This document shows positions 14,238-26,500 of a DNA stretch of 64,000 bases, one piece after another. The DNA is from Dimorphilus gyrociliatus. Lineage: Eukaryota; Animalia; Annelida. Location: the NCBI GenBank assembly GCA_904063045.1, contig CAJFCJ010000028.1, positions 687,230 through 751,229 of the forward strand, given 5' to 3'. Made by a program: the position numbers and the translations under genes. Positions within the stretch are counted from its first letter, which is position 1. Every line of letters starts with the position of its first letter. Under the pieces are notes generated by a model. That model saw only the letters and a program-made list of their open reading frames with translations, was not told where the DNA came from and searched no databases.

Positions 14238-16246
14238 ATGGCTCAAGCAAAAGTTGGACATAAAATAGATTTAACGAAATTACACGAAATCACTGATGAA
14301 CAAGTTCTACATAGAATGGTTTGTTGTAATATTTAGTATCAAAGAAAGAAAAAAAAACAGTCTTTAGTTGATTTATACGCAATTGTACAGGCCTATTAGT
14401 AGATATATTATTTCTACAGTTTGTTAAAAAATTATTCTCATGTTCACCTAATCAAAACTTGTTTATAGCATACTTTATTCATATATACACTTGAATTTTA
14501 TATAGATTAAACGAGAATTACGTGTTTTATCATTATTTATATAGAGATATTATCATCAATTATAAAATGTTAATTCCATTTGTTTTTTATCTTTAAACCA
14601 ATTATAAATCGTTAAATTACTTTTTATTCTTACCCCCGTAGATTCACGATACCAATGACAATGATCTAAGGATAGAGATAAGAGCAAGATTAAGAGAAAT
14701 AAGGGAAAAGAAAAATGGTTTGTTTATAATACTACTAAATGTTTTTCGAATAGCTCATTTTTAACTATTAAAAAATAAAATGTAGGTCAAATATTCATTT
14801 ATTTATTTTAAATTGACAATTTTTATGTTAACCTACAAAGTATTTCGCATAAAATCTATACCGTTTTGACCCAGCAGTTGGCACGAATGGACAAAAAAAA
14901 AGCCTCAGATTTCTTCTTGTTTTTTTTTTTTATCTAAAACATCAATACATTGTATCTACAGTATAAATATTATATAAATCAGTATATACTGTTGTTTATA
15001 CTGTATATAGAGTATATTCACTAGAACTTTAAAATGCTTTAAATTACCAATTACGTTGCTAATTTAAGAACTCTTCGCTATTAGCTGATACGGATAAAAA
15101 GAATAAAGTTAGGGAAGAGGCTCTAGAGAATTTGCTAAAAGAGAAAAAGAGACTTGCCGAAGAAGAAAAGGTTAAAAAGTTACAAGAATGTTTGGAAAGG
15201 GTTAAAGCAGATGATAAACAAGCCTCCGTAGGTAAAGTTGACTTGGAAACTGTTAAACCTTCAACTTCATCTGACCTTTCTACAAAAGGTATTTCTTAAT
15301 CTTTCAATTCTATTCAATAAATGATCATTTAGTGGTCGTCTTCTGCTAGTAGATTCGCAAATTTCAAGTACAAAGTTGTTCAAGGGAGCTGCCTCAACAT
15401 CAGGGAGTAAGGTAACAAAAAACCCTATGCCAATCACCTCTCAAACAAAAGGTTAGAGTTACGCCATCTAACGGTCTAATACGCTTTTTTTAAGAGATTG
15501 TCCTACGAAACAAACTAGGATATAATTAGTTTGTCAATATACAGATGACAAACCGATAGTTGGTTCGAAGCAGACTAAACAAATCAGCCGAGTAGGAATA
15601 ATGAGCGGTTCAGGATACAAATTAACAAAAACTCAAACATCAGGTTTGTATTTTGTGTAAGTTTTCCAAATAAAAAATCGCTCTTATCTAAAGTTTAATA
15701 GAATTCCTTATATTCATATTTTAATATAATTTCTATATATGATAAAGTCAAAAATGTTCTGATTAGTTGTTTAATAATAGATACTCAATTTCTTAATACA
15801 AGATATATTGATATATTGATATCAAAAATTGTTTTTAAATAGGATCGGCGTCTAATCGACCTATGCTGCAAAGATCCGCAAGTACAATTAAGCAAATGCT
15901 GTTGGAATGGTGTAAAATTATGACAAAAGATTATAATGTGGAGATTAGAAATTTCTCCACAAGCTGGAATGATGGAATAGCATTTTGCGCTTTAATACAC
16001 AACTTTCGACCTTATGCGTTCGATTTCAGTAAACTTAAACCTGAAAATAGAAGAGCTAACTTTACATTGGCCTTTGAAGTTGCCGAAAAAGAGGCTGATA
16101 TTGCACCACTATTGGAAGTAGATGATATGGTAAAAATGATGAATCCAGATTGGAAGTGTGTATTTACATACGTTCAAAGCTTCTATAGACGTTTCAGAAA
16201 CTGGGAGAAGGATGATGAAGAAAAAGAAACAAAGAAGAAAACTTAA
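14238..16246 (+). CDS. Smoothelin-like protein (N-terminal smoothelin motif, C-terminal CH domain); 6 coding exons
   Basis: MAQAKVGHKIDLTKLHEITDEQVLHRM|IHDTNDNDLRIEIRARLREIR (smoothelin motif). Phase-consistent exons lead to a CH domain: LLEWC...NFSTSWNDGIAFCALIH...PDWKCVFTYVQSFYRRF. The start codon could lie in an unseen upstream exon. Confidence 0.85.
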
Positions 16247-16738
16247 AAATAGAAATATTTTATTTAAAAGATTGATGACAAATTTCTTTATACAAAAAGT
16301 CAAACAGAAAAGTAATTGTTGGAAAGGACGAACGAATGATTGGATTTATTAAAAAAAAAGCATTTTATTAGCCTATTTGTGTTTATGTTCAAAATTAACC
16401 ATCTAAGAAACTACATAGACAAACTAAAGAATGTTATTACTGCTATTCATATAGCTTTCTTGTGAAGACCACTAATATTTATATATTGTGTTATGTAACA
16501 AACAGTATATCATACGATATATAAGAAATATATAAAGTTAATATTGTTTTATTGAATTATATTATATTTAGATAACAATCGAAAAGTTGACAATAAATCA
16601 TATTTATACATACACATGTATGTTATACTTTAAATATTTTTGATTTAACTTCTCTTTAATGCTATTGAACTATTGAGAAAAGAGTGTATTATATTCACTT
16701 TCTTCCTTATTCGTTTTACTATATCTTTCCTTTTTTTA

Positions 16739-18753
16739 TTAAAGTTTTGAAGCTTGTTTAACAAATGGTCGGATATGCTTGAAATAAGATTCATGTACCT
16801 GGCGATAAAATCAATTATATAATTTTACAATTTTCAGTCTCTTTTTAATTTACCTGGGTTTTGTTCAATTCATCTTTCATAGCCCATTCAAGCATGTTTT
16901 CGTAAACTCTACCATCGTATCTACCAAGAACACTATCCAAAACCTAGTATGAGAAAAATAGATAAGTTTTTTCTTATATATTATTGAGATAGTAAATTTT
17001 ACTTTATCAGGAAATTCGAAGGCGTCAACCAGACCAACAGCATCTGGTCTTAGACTCTTTAAAGCGTATAGGAAACCATTATAAATGAAAGATTTTTGTT
17101 GTTTACTCAAATAGTTTTCCTGTATATATGAAATTAAGTATTATTAATATTGCATCGACATAATATCAAACTGGAAAACAATTCTACGTACGCTCATAAA
17201 GTCACCAGAATTTTCAAGTATTCCGTGAAGGGCGTATAATTTACCTAATAAAGTCAATACTCCTATAACTGAAGCCGGAACCTGTTTCAAAGAAACGGTT
17301 TAAGAAAAAATGAAGCAAATTAAAAGAGATAAAAAACCTGATTGTTAGTTAAAGTTTCCAGTTTTTTAGCAAAGGCCTCAACTACAACGTAATGACCATA
17401 GGCTTTAGCAGCCATAACCAAAGCTACTGCGCATTCATTCCAAGCGTCATACGATGCCATACCATTTTTGATTTCTCTATCCAATTCGAAACTGGCCATG
17501 TGAACTAGGCTAAAATAATCAACGAATTTGATTATTATATGCTATTCAATTAAAAACTGATATATTTTATTACGACTTACTAATAAGCTCTAGCTCTATA
17601 GGCTTCAACTAAATCAACCATATTTACATCCTCCGTAATGGAAGATTTTGGAGCGGGCTTTTTATTGAGAAAAGCGACTGATCCTGGCAATTGGTCTCCT
17701 CGTTTAGCCATGTTAACACATTTTACCAAATATCTTGCAGCTTGTAGATACATAACAGTATTTTCACCCTCATATGTAACTCCTGGTAAAGCGTTTACGT
17801 AGATTTTTGGGATACCGCTACAGTGGGAGAAACCATGACCTCCGCAGGATCTTCGGCAAATTTCCATTCCAACAACAGCCCAATCAGTTGTGAAAGCTTT
17901 CAACGCAGAAGACAGACCATGCAACTAAAGGAAAGAAATGCTTTATATTCTATCAAAAATAGAATTAGGAAAACAAAAAAAGCTTACTTCGGGTAGCCTG
18001 TCTATTTCTCCTCTATCAATCTCGCTGTTAACAGAAAAGTATATATTTTCCATTTCTTGAGCAACAAAGAGGAAAGCGTAGGCAGTAGCCAGTTGTGGAA
18101 ATAATTTTGCCTGTTGGGCTCTATAATCCATAACTTTTGGTTCACCAGCACCAGGTTTAATTTCCGATTGCCTTCTAACGCAACTGTATCTTATCGCTAT
18201 GGTAGCACATTGAGCAAGAGACAAAGCAGCCACATCTCTAATTAGTACTGATCTAACAAAAACCATAGTACCATATGTCAATTTGGAATTTTTGGCTTTT
18301 ATGTAAGTTCCATCAGGCTCAACTCTGGAATGTTTCATTAACATATTTTCACGTGGAATTCTTACGTGGTCAAATTGCATAAATCCATTATCATTAGCAT
18401 CGTAGCCAAACTTTGGTCCAATATCACCAAGAGTCACGCCTGGTTGAGGCATATGATTCTCCAAACTTCTGATTTGTACAATAAAAGGATGAGGACCATA
18501 ATTCTGTCCTTTAACGATCAATTGAGCCATAACAATCGCATGGTTTGTACTCTTTCCAACTATAATGATATTTTTATATAATTAATTATATTGTTAAAAT
18601 AGGTTAAATAGCGAAAAAAAATAACGTACGATTTCCAGGCCACCACTTAAGAGAAGTTCTTGTTGGCGAGTGAATTACGAACTCTTCTGTTTTCTCATCA
18701 TATGTAGCAGTTGTTTCCAAACCTCTGATAAAGGTTCCTGAGCGAAATTTAGA

Positions 18754-18796
<43 letters not shown>

Positions 18797-20932
18797 AAAG
18801 AATAATAAATAGAAAAGAATAAGGAGCTATCAATTAATGTAAAAGAATTCTAAGAGAACAGAGCTTGCATTACCATGTCCCAATTCAGTTTGAGCGTAAG
18901 TGCCCCAAATTTTATATTGTGTTCCCAAAGGTAGCCATTTTTCCCTCTGCTCTGGAGACATTTGGTAGCGAAGAGTATACATGAACATGCTATCATGCAG
19001 ACCGTTACTACGTGAAACATGGGGGAAAGCGTGGCTGAAAATTAGAACTTTTAGTCTTTTGTTCTCTTGAACATGATTTTTCTCTGGCATATGTAAATCT
19101 TCAAAAGAAATTTTTCAATACAAAAGTTATACACTTTCTAAAAGTCTAATTTTTTATATCTGTTCTGTTTTTAGCTTTGGTTTCCATTTAATAGGAACAA
19201 ATTTGTAATGCAAGCATTATTCTTACAATTAGAAAAATGGACATTTTGTTGTCAGTTTTCTTACCATGCCCTAGTTCAGTTTGAGCGTATGTGCCAATAA
19301 TTTGCAAGGTTAAAGCCTTTGGAAGCCATTTGGATTGCTGTTTTGGGGAAGCTTGACCCATCAGTGTGGGTATAAACATATCTGCGTGTAAGGTGAAGCT
19401 GGTCGACTCATTGGGAAATATGTGGCTTTAAGAGAATGATAAGTTGATATAAATTAATTATTGAATAACAAATGAATATTATATATACAGTATATGCTAA
19501 TATATATATATATACTTAGGTTTCACTATAGATTAATTTTATGACTGATTTCAATGATGGAGCTGACAATAAATGAAAATATCTCCCAACTGTTCTCAAC
19601 ACTTAAAAGAGCTCATAACTATTTGTTACAATTGGGATGTTTTGGTAATGCATATTCTGACTCATTACTTCTTTAATATCCTGCTCACCGTGTCCCAATT
19701 CCGTTTGAGCATATGTACCAAATATTTCATATTTTAAAGCTTTTGTCAACCATTTTTCATTTTGTTTCTGGGATGCTAATCCCCTTAGAGCTGGAATAAA
19801 CACTCCATCATGTAAACCCCAGCTTGATGCCTGACTCGGAAAGAGGGAACTAACAAATTATAAATATGTCACTAATTATTATTGCTGATAAGAAATTAAT
19901 GTATTCTGTCCTAACAGATGTAATACTACTAAATTTGATTAGGGAACATTATTAACTGATAATCAATGCTTAATGCTATAAACTTATTATCAATAAAGAT
20001 TTTGATATCATAAAAAAAAAATAAATACAAGAAAAAAGAATACTGATAAGGGTCAATTTCTAGGTTAAATGACCTTAAACTCTTAAACTTTAACCAAGTG
20101 TCAAAATATTGGATACACGTACTCTATTCTAAAAAGTATGATCAAGCTAAAGATAGCATTTATGATGGGGTAAGAAAGAGATAGAGAGGTTGCATACAAA
20201 GATAGATGTATGTATATATAAGTATTAATAATAGAATGTACCTTGATAGATAGATAGATAGACAGTTAGATAGATATATAGAAAGAGATAAAATGATGTA
20301 GCTAATTAGTGAGGCATCCAGACATTTGTAAAATTATCACAGTTCAGTTGAATAAAGCAAAATTTTAGTTGTAGAGTAATGGAACCTCAGCTAAACATTT
20401 ATACTATGCTGTCTTATATAAAGAAATACTATTCGATTCGTTTTAATTTACTTTATATATCTTTTCTTTTAAAATTTGTTTTGATTGAAATTTTAGTGAA
20501 ACCCAGATTATAATACTTAATTTCTTCCTTAATTACCTTCTATAGATGTATAAATCAGTAGGATCAGTTATTCCTAACTTTCCTATTTTTTTTATCATTT
20601 TAACTGTTTTTTCCACAGCTGCTCCATATTTCTCACTTCTTGACAAGAAGTTGTACGATGTCATGTCGAAATCAGGATCATTCAATGCCAAATTAGCTGA
20701 AAAATTGAAACTTTAAATATGAATCCTACTTTTTAACCTTTGAAAGAGAATAATTGAAAGTGATAAAAGCATCTAATTCAAATAAGAAATTTATTTATTT
20801 ATACTATATACCATATTTTCTTCTTTTCTCCGTCTTTTCCGGCGTGCCATCGATAGCGTTAGTCAATGCTTCTTGTTCAAAACTAATTCTATCGCGCTCA
20901 GCTTGCAAATCTGGATTTACAGTACCCGCCAT
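16739..20932 (-). CDS. ACOX1: Peroxisomal acyl-CoA oxidase 1, multi-exon, ending in PTS1 SKL
   Basis: [13 protein letters not shown] start; [11 protein letters not shown]|[14 protein letters not shown]; KWWPG; [12 protein letters not shown]; CGGHG; TYEGENTV; final exon [19 protein letters not shown]. Confidence 0.95.
18760..18794. repeat. (AT)n microsatellite in the ACOX1 intron between exon 3C and exon 4
   Basis: Pure AT run about 20 nt from the exon 4 acceptor at 18737. Confidence 0.9.
18874..19034 (-). CDS. ACOX1: ACOX1 exon 3 variant C (161 nt)
   Basis: ttttcag|...G|gtaatg; [54 protein letters not shown]. Confidence 0.85.
19265..19425 (-). CDS. ACOX1: ACOX1 exon 3 variant B (161 nt)
   Basis: ttaaag|...G|gtaaga; [54 protein letters not shown]. 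Confidence 0.88.
19689..19849 (-). CDS. ACOX1: ACOX1 exon 3 variant A (161 nt)
   Basis: ttag|...G|gtgagc; [54 protein letters not shown]. Confidence 0.85.
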
Positions 20933-20988
20933 TTTTATCGTCTGCTAGTTCAGAATAAACTGACTGTGTTCTTGTTTTACTTTGGTAT

Positions 20989-21000
20989 CACGCATGCGCA
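20989..21000 (-). promoter_or_regulatory. NRF1/ewg-like site upstream of ACOX1
   Basis: TGCGCATGCGTG on the minus strand, about 57 nt 5' of the ATG, in otherwise very AT-rich DNA. Confidence 0.4.
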
Positions 21001-21891
21001 TTTAAGTAAAATCTACAAAAAACTTATCTAAAGCGTTTAATTTTAACACGCCACAGGTTATAAATGTTAGGTCATTTACTACGGCGCTCTAAATTGTTAT
21101 ATAAAACTTATTATACATATTTTCAATCAATATTGAGTTAACAAGAGTTTTTAACCTATAACTTATTTTTTTTGACAGATAAGCAAACTTTAATTCGAAG
21201 AATTACTTCGTTTCCCGAGATAGATTTATATTATCTTTGTAAAATAATCTTTGTAGATGTTTTAGTATTAAATCAAAGCTATCCATAAAGTTTGTAATTA
21301 TACAGTAAAATAAATAATACAAATATACAATAAATATATTAAATATACAGAAACTTATTTAGAGTATAAGCTTATTTACTTTAGTTTATTATGCAAAGGA
21401 ATCTCTTTAGTTTCATTTCAGAAATTTTAGGAAATTCAATTGAAGATTAAGGTCAATATATATGCCAGATTTTAAAAGTTGATTTTCATTAGCTTTTTCA
21501 ATATATTTTTTGTTAAAGTGAAGCTATTAAATATTTTATACTATACTCTATGATTAAGGTCTTATTTGTATCTTATAAAATTGCATGAAGTATATGAAAT
21601 ACTATTTTAAAGCAAATAGAGAAAGAATCAAATTTATACGAAAATAACCATGTCATATTTTTTATATTTATAACAATATATCATTTCAAAATCCATAAAA
21701 ATTATTATGCGGTTTTGATTTTAGTAAATATTTGAGTTATATATAGAATATGTAAGAATATAATGTTCAATGCAAAAATAATGTTATTGCTACGAAAATA
21801 CACATTATTGTTTCCGTTTTCCGGTCGGAGTCTGATAATACAGGATCGAAAACAAGAAAATTATTTTAAACCTTGATTTCATCCTCAGACA

Positions 21892-23534
21892 ATGAAAGAT
21901 GAAGACGATAATAAACCTCTTATAGTTAAAACAGAGTCTAGCCGCGATAGTGAGAATTGTTCGGCAAAACAATCTCATTCAAGAAATTGCAGTAGTTGTA
22001 GTCAGCGAGTTTGTCATACAATGCAGTCATCGGGAGACTTCAGATTAAGCGATCTTTCTTGGAAGGATATATGCAAAATTGTTCTAGATCTGCTGAAAAT
22101 CTATGCTAAGAACTCTTGGAAATTGTTAAGTCTAGCCCTATTGGGTGTAGTATTAATTTACATGCTTGTTGGTGGACTGTTAACTTTCTTTGCTGTTGTT
22201 TTAGGAATAATAGGTTAAGTTAAAAGTTATATTATAAAACATGGATATCTAATTCACCATTTAACTATTCACAGCCAAATTCTATTATGTTCAAGATAAT
22301 TTACTGTATCATCCAAACATGCCTAGTAATTCTCGTTTGTTCTCGCATACACCTGAGACTTTCTATTTACCAGGTGTAGATGAGACTGAAAATTTAATGA
22401 TTACTACTAAGGATAATGTTAAAATACATATTGAAATTTTAATGCAAAGTGTGGAAAAGCGAGCTCAAGCTCCTACCATTGTTTTCTTTCATGGTAATGC
22501 CGGAAATATTGGTCACAGACTCCCAAATGCTTTTGCCATGTTTGTGCACTTGGGAGCTAATGTTGTTCTTGTTGAATATAGAGGCTATGGAAGGAGTAGC
22601 GGTACTCCCTCTGAATACGGTATTATACACGTATTGTTTAGAACTAAAAAACAGATTTTAATGGATTAAATTTCATATTTTATAGGCCTTTACTATGATG
22701 CTGAAAGTGCTTTAGACTTTGTCTTAAACCATCCAAAGTTGGGAAGGTATAAACACATCTTCCTCTAGCAAATTGCATAATCATTTGGTACTTTCCTTCT
22801 TAAATTAAATTTTTTCTTTCATAGCTCTGGTGTAATAGTGTTTGGAAGATCTCTAGGTGGTGCCATAGCTATTTATTTGGCAAGTCATCCTCAGTATTCA
22901 CAAAAGATATTTGCGTTGGTAGTAGAAAATACTTTTACCACTTTACCAAAGATTGGGAAATACTTGTTCAATATACCTTTGGTCCAATATTTACCGTCAA
23001 TCTGCTTTCGAAATAAAGTGAATCTATCTATTATTTTTTTGCTTAAAGGGAATTGGTTTTTTGATTTTAATCATTTATTTTCAGTATTCTTCCTTGTCTA
23101 GAATAAAACACATAAGTGTACCTTCTCTATTCATTTCTGGACAAGCCGATACTCTAGTACCTAAGGAAATGATGAATACTCTATATGAGGTAGATATTTG
23201 CTTACAGATGGCGTTAGTTGAAACTGGTACAGTAATTTTTGTTTCTAGTCTTGTGGAAGCGTTTTAAAACGTCTCTCAAGAATCGAAAATGGTACTCATA
23301 ATGAAACTTGGCTTTGTCAGGGATATTTTGAAGTTATAGGTCATTTTATAAATGAGGTGCAGAATAGAATTTTTAATTTTTTTGATTTTTCGTTCGACTA
23401 GGCCCATAACGATTATTTTACTTTTCATTTAGGTTCGCAATCTTAAAAACAATCCATCAACACCACCTACAAGGATATATGATGTACCAGCATCACTAAA
23501 TGACGATGCTTTTCAGGAAGTTCGAGTTTCTTGA
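21892..23534 (+). CDS. ABHD13: Alpha/beta hydrolase domain-containing protein 13, 7 exons
   Basis: N-terminal TM segment; FFHGNAGNIGHRLPN; VEYRGYG; nucleophile FGRSLGGA; VENTF; SLFISGQADTLVP; GTHNETW. Ser-Asp-His triad intact. Confidence 0.93.
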
Positions 23535-23628
23535 TGAGAAAATGAATTTTGCTTTCTTTTTTTGCAAACGGAAAAAAAATGACAAAAATGATGACATAAA
23601 CCGAGATAAACAAAATATTGAATACATT

Positions 23629-24630
23629 CTAAACGTCACGAGCATCAGAGACACCAGCTGGTACTTCTATTTCCCATCCATTCATTTCTTTTGTAACGAA
23701 TACCTGGCACCCAAGTCTTGATCTGAATATGAAAGTTGATAAATATTGTTATGAATAATAGTATTCATTTATAAAGTATCTAATTTATAAATATATCAAG
23801 GAATTATTTAATTAGTAATAAGTATAGTAATAGTTTGAGAGAAAAACACTTTTATCACATCTTTCTGGTTTGTGGAAGGTATATTTCTTTATTTTTTTTT
23901 GTTGCCCACATTTTTAATTTATTAAATTCAGTTATGAGCTTATTTTAATATATCTGCTATCTCTTCTTTTTGTTTTTACTTTCAAAGAGTTTCTGTTACT
24001 CAGGGAAGAATAAAATGAGAAGATAAAAATTTTGTTTTTATAATTATTACCAAAAGTTAAATAAATAAAAAAAGAAACAAGTGAAAATAGGTTAAATAAA
24101 GGTAAATATTTATCAGGTAAAAGAAAAAAATTAAGCTACTTACGTGTCTACAAGATCGTAAGCCAAATCTAACATATCTAATTCTTCATCCGTTGGCTTT
24201 GTACCAATTATTTTAAATTGTTCATCGGTGAATATGAGATGACATGTTGAGCAAGATAATGTACCTTCACATGCTCCTAATTAAAAGTTTCCAGTATTAG
24301 TAAATTTAATTCTCTTCTTGGCAGGATACTTACCAAATCCATCTAAATCTATGTCATTGTCTATTACTACATCTAATAAATGATCTCCAACTTTTGCTTT
24401 TGCTGGAATTTTTGATCCATTTTTCATAAAATTGATTGTAATTCTTAAATGTTGAATTAATATTAATAAAAGGATTTGAATTAAAAAATGTGTTGAACTC
24501 ACGTTTCTTTCTGAGCTTTAGGCTGTAGAATTTCAGTACTAAAGGTCTTCAAGGGCAGATCTTTCAAATTCTTCCTAACTAAAAGTGCTCTTGATGCACT
24601 TGTGAATAGTTTTTTACAAGCAAAGTTCAT
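23629..24630 (-). CDS. FDX1: Adrenodoxin-type mitochondrial [2Fe-2S] ferredoxin, 4 exons
   Basis: Basic transit peptide; DLDGFG|[12 protein letters not shown]; [10 protein letters not shown]; |SRLGCQ...VSDARDV*. All four cluster Cys present. Confidence 0.92.
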
Positions 24631-24884
24631 CTTCCTAAGTTGACAAATTAGAGTAACCTTCTTCAAGAGCAAGTAAGATTGTAATAAATTGTCATCTGCT
24701 TACGACCTTGAACCTTGAACGGTGTGGTGAAGACTTCTCGCGAGAATCTACGTGCATGGCAACCGTTGCTAACTCAGCCATTGTAAACATAAAATATGCG
24801 CTAATCAAACCTTAGCCATAAACAAAAGAGAATTTTGGAGTAATTTGTTGTTGATTTCGATTGAGATTTTATTGAAAATTAAAT
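24631..24884. promoter_or_regulatory. Bidirectional promoter FDX1/RSPH3 with RFX half-sites and forkhead sites
   Basis: ATGs 254 nt apart. ATGGCAAC-C-GTTGCTAAC near 24756-24773, GTAAACA at 24783-24789, ATAAACA at 24818-24824. Confidence 0.5.
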
Positions 24885-26500
24885 ATGGCATCAGTTCTAC
24901 CACCTCAAAAAGCCCAAGAGACTTATACGTTCTCAAGTCAGCCTAAAGCAGTTAGGGAAAGAAAGAAGTATAGGGATCCGTATCAGGACGAGTAAGTCTG
25001 CAACAAACATCTCTAATAAATATTATAACTTACAAAATTTTTCTATTTTCCAGGAATCAACCAGCCGCATATGGAAATATTATGTATGATAAGAGAGTTA
25101 TTAGAGGGAATACTTATGCTCTTCAGCATTTACCAGCCGTAAGTTATAACAGTTTATTAGTTTGTTGTTAGGAATTTGATCGCTAAGGCTTGACAACTGT
25201 ATGTTCAAGTATGTTTAATTTTATTTAATTTTAGAAATAAATCAACTTTAAGTTTACTTATTGAAATATAGCGTAATGAATATTCATATTGTTAATAATC
25301 TTTATGATTCTTGTATATTTTATATCATATAAAGAGGAATAATTTACTTTTTAGACTTCCCAACCGGATCCAGTAGAAGTTCAGAGACAGAATGAGGCAA
25401 AGAAACGCGCAAGAGCTAGAGCAAGGGCGAAACAACAACTACGTCCTAGGACTCCTGACGCAGTTGAAGGAAGGAAACACATGGATGTTCAGACAGAACT
25501 TTATTTGGAAGAAATTAGCGATAGGGTTGAAGAGGCCGATCAAGAAGTACAAACCGATGCTTTCTTAGATAGACCGCCAACTCCTTTGTTTGTACCAGCT
25601 AAAACTGGTAAAGATGTTGCTACTCAAATATTAGAAGGAGAAGTAAGTAGTACAATTTTCTCTAATTACACTAAGTAAGTGATACTGATATTGATTTTTT
25701 TCTTTCTTTTTGCACTTAGTTGTTCGACTTTGATATTGAAGTACAGCCAATTCTTGAAGTTCTTGTTGGAAAAACAGTTGAACAGTCCCTGTTAGAGGTG
25801 TTGGAAGAAGAAGAATTGGCATCCCTCAGAGAGCAACAGAGAGCTTTTGAGGAATTGCGTAATGCTGAATTAGTTGAGCAACAGAGATTAGAAGAGCAAG
25901 AGAGAAGGCATAGAGAGGAAAAAGAACGTAGAATGAAACAACAACGTGAAATACTTCGTAAAGAAAAGGAAACTGCCGACAAAATTGCAGCAAGAGCTTT
26001 TGCTCAAAGTTATTTGGCCGATTTGATACCATCCGTTTTTGGTACTTTGGCCGATAATGGATACTTTTATGATCCGATTGAGAGAGATGTTGAACAAGGC
26101 TTCTTGCCTTGGCTTATGGATAGAGTGGCAGAAAAAATGGACAACTCAACACATTCCCGAATGGTGTTGGATGGTCTTGTCAGAGAAGTTGTTAGGAATA
26201 GAGTTCAAGCATTCAAAAAATTGGATGACTCCAAAAAAGCAGCGAAAGCACCTCTTGTTCCTAAAGAGGCTGAAGGAGAAGCTGATGAACCCGTAGCAGA
26301 AGTTGCTCCGGCAGCGGAACCTCAGGTAAACTAAGCTGAAATTTTCGCTTAAACAAGAAAAGAAAATCTAAAACAAAATTCTTTTTATTATCAATTTTTA
26401 GGAAGCGGCACCAACTGAAGCCGCACCGGAAGAAGAAACTACAGGCCCAGTTGAAGAGGACCAACAGGAGGAGGAAGAAGCGGAAGCTGAGCAGGAATAG
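24885..26500 (+). CDS. RSPH3: Radial spoke head protein 3
   Basis: TYTFSSQPKAV; YGNIMYDKRVIRGNTYA; GRKHMDVQTELYLEE; DRPPTPLFVPAKTGKDVATQI; LFDFDIEVQPILEVLVGKT; coiled coil; acidic A/E/P tail. Confidence 0.95.

Noticed and set aside
25716-26296. Several ORFs antisense to or overlapping RSPH3
   Set aside because: Shadow frames of a real coding exon; likewise the overlapping ORFs in RNF32, ABHD13, ABCC and Trio.
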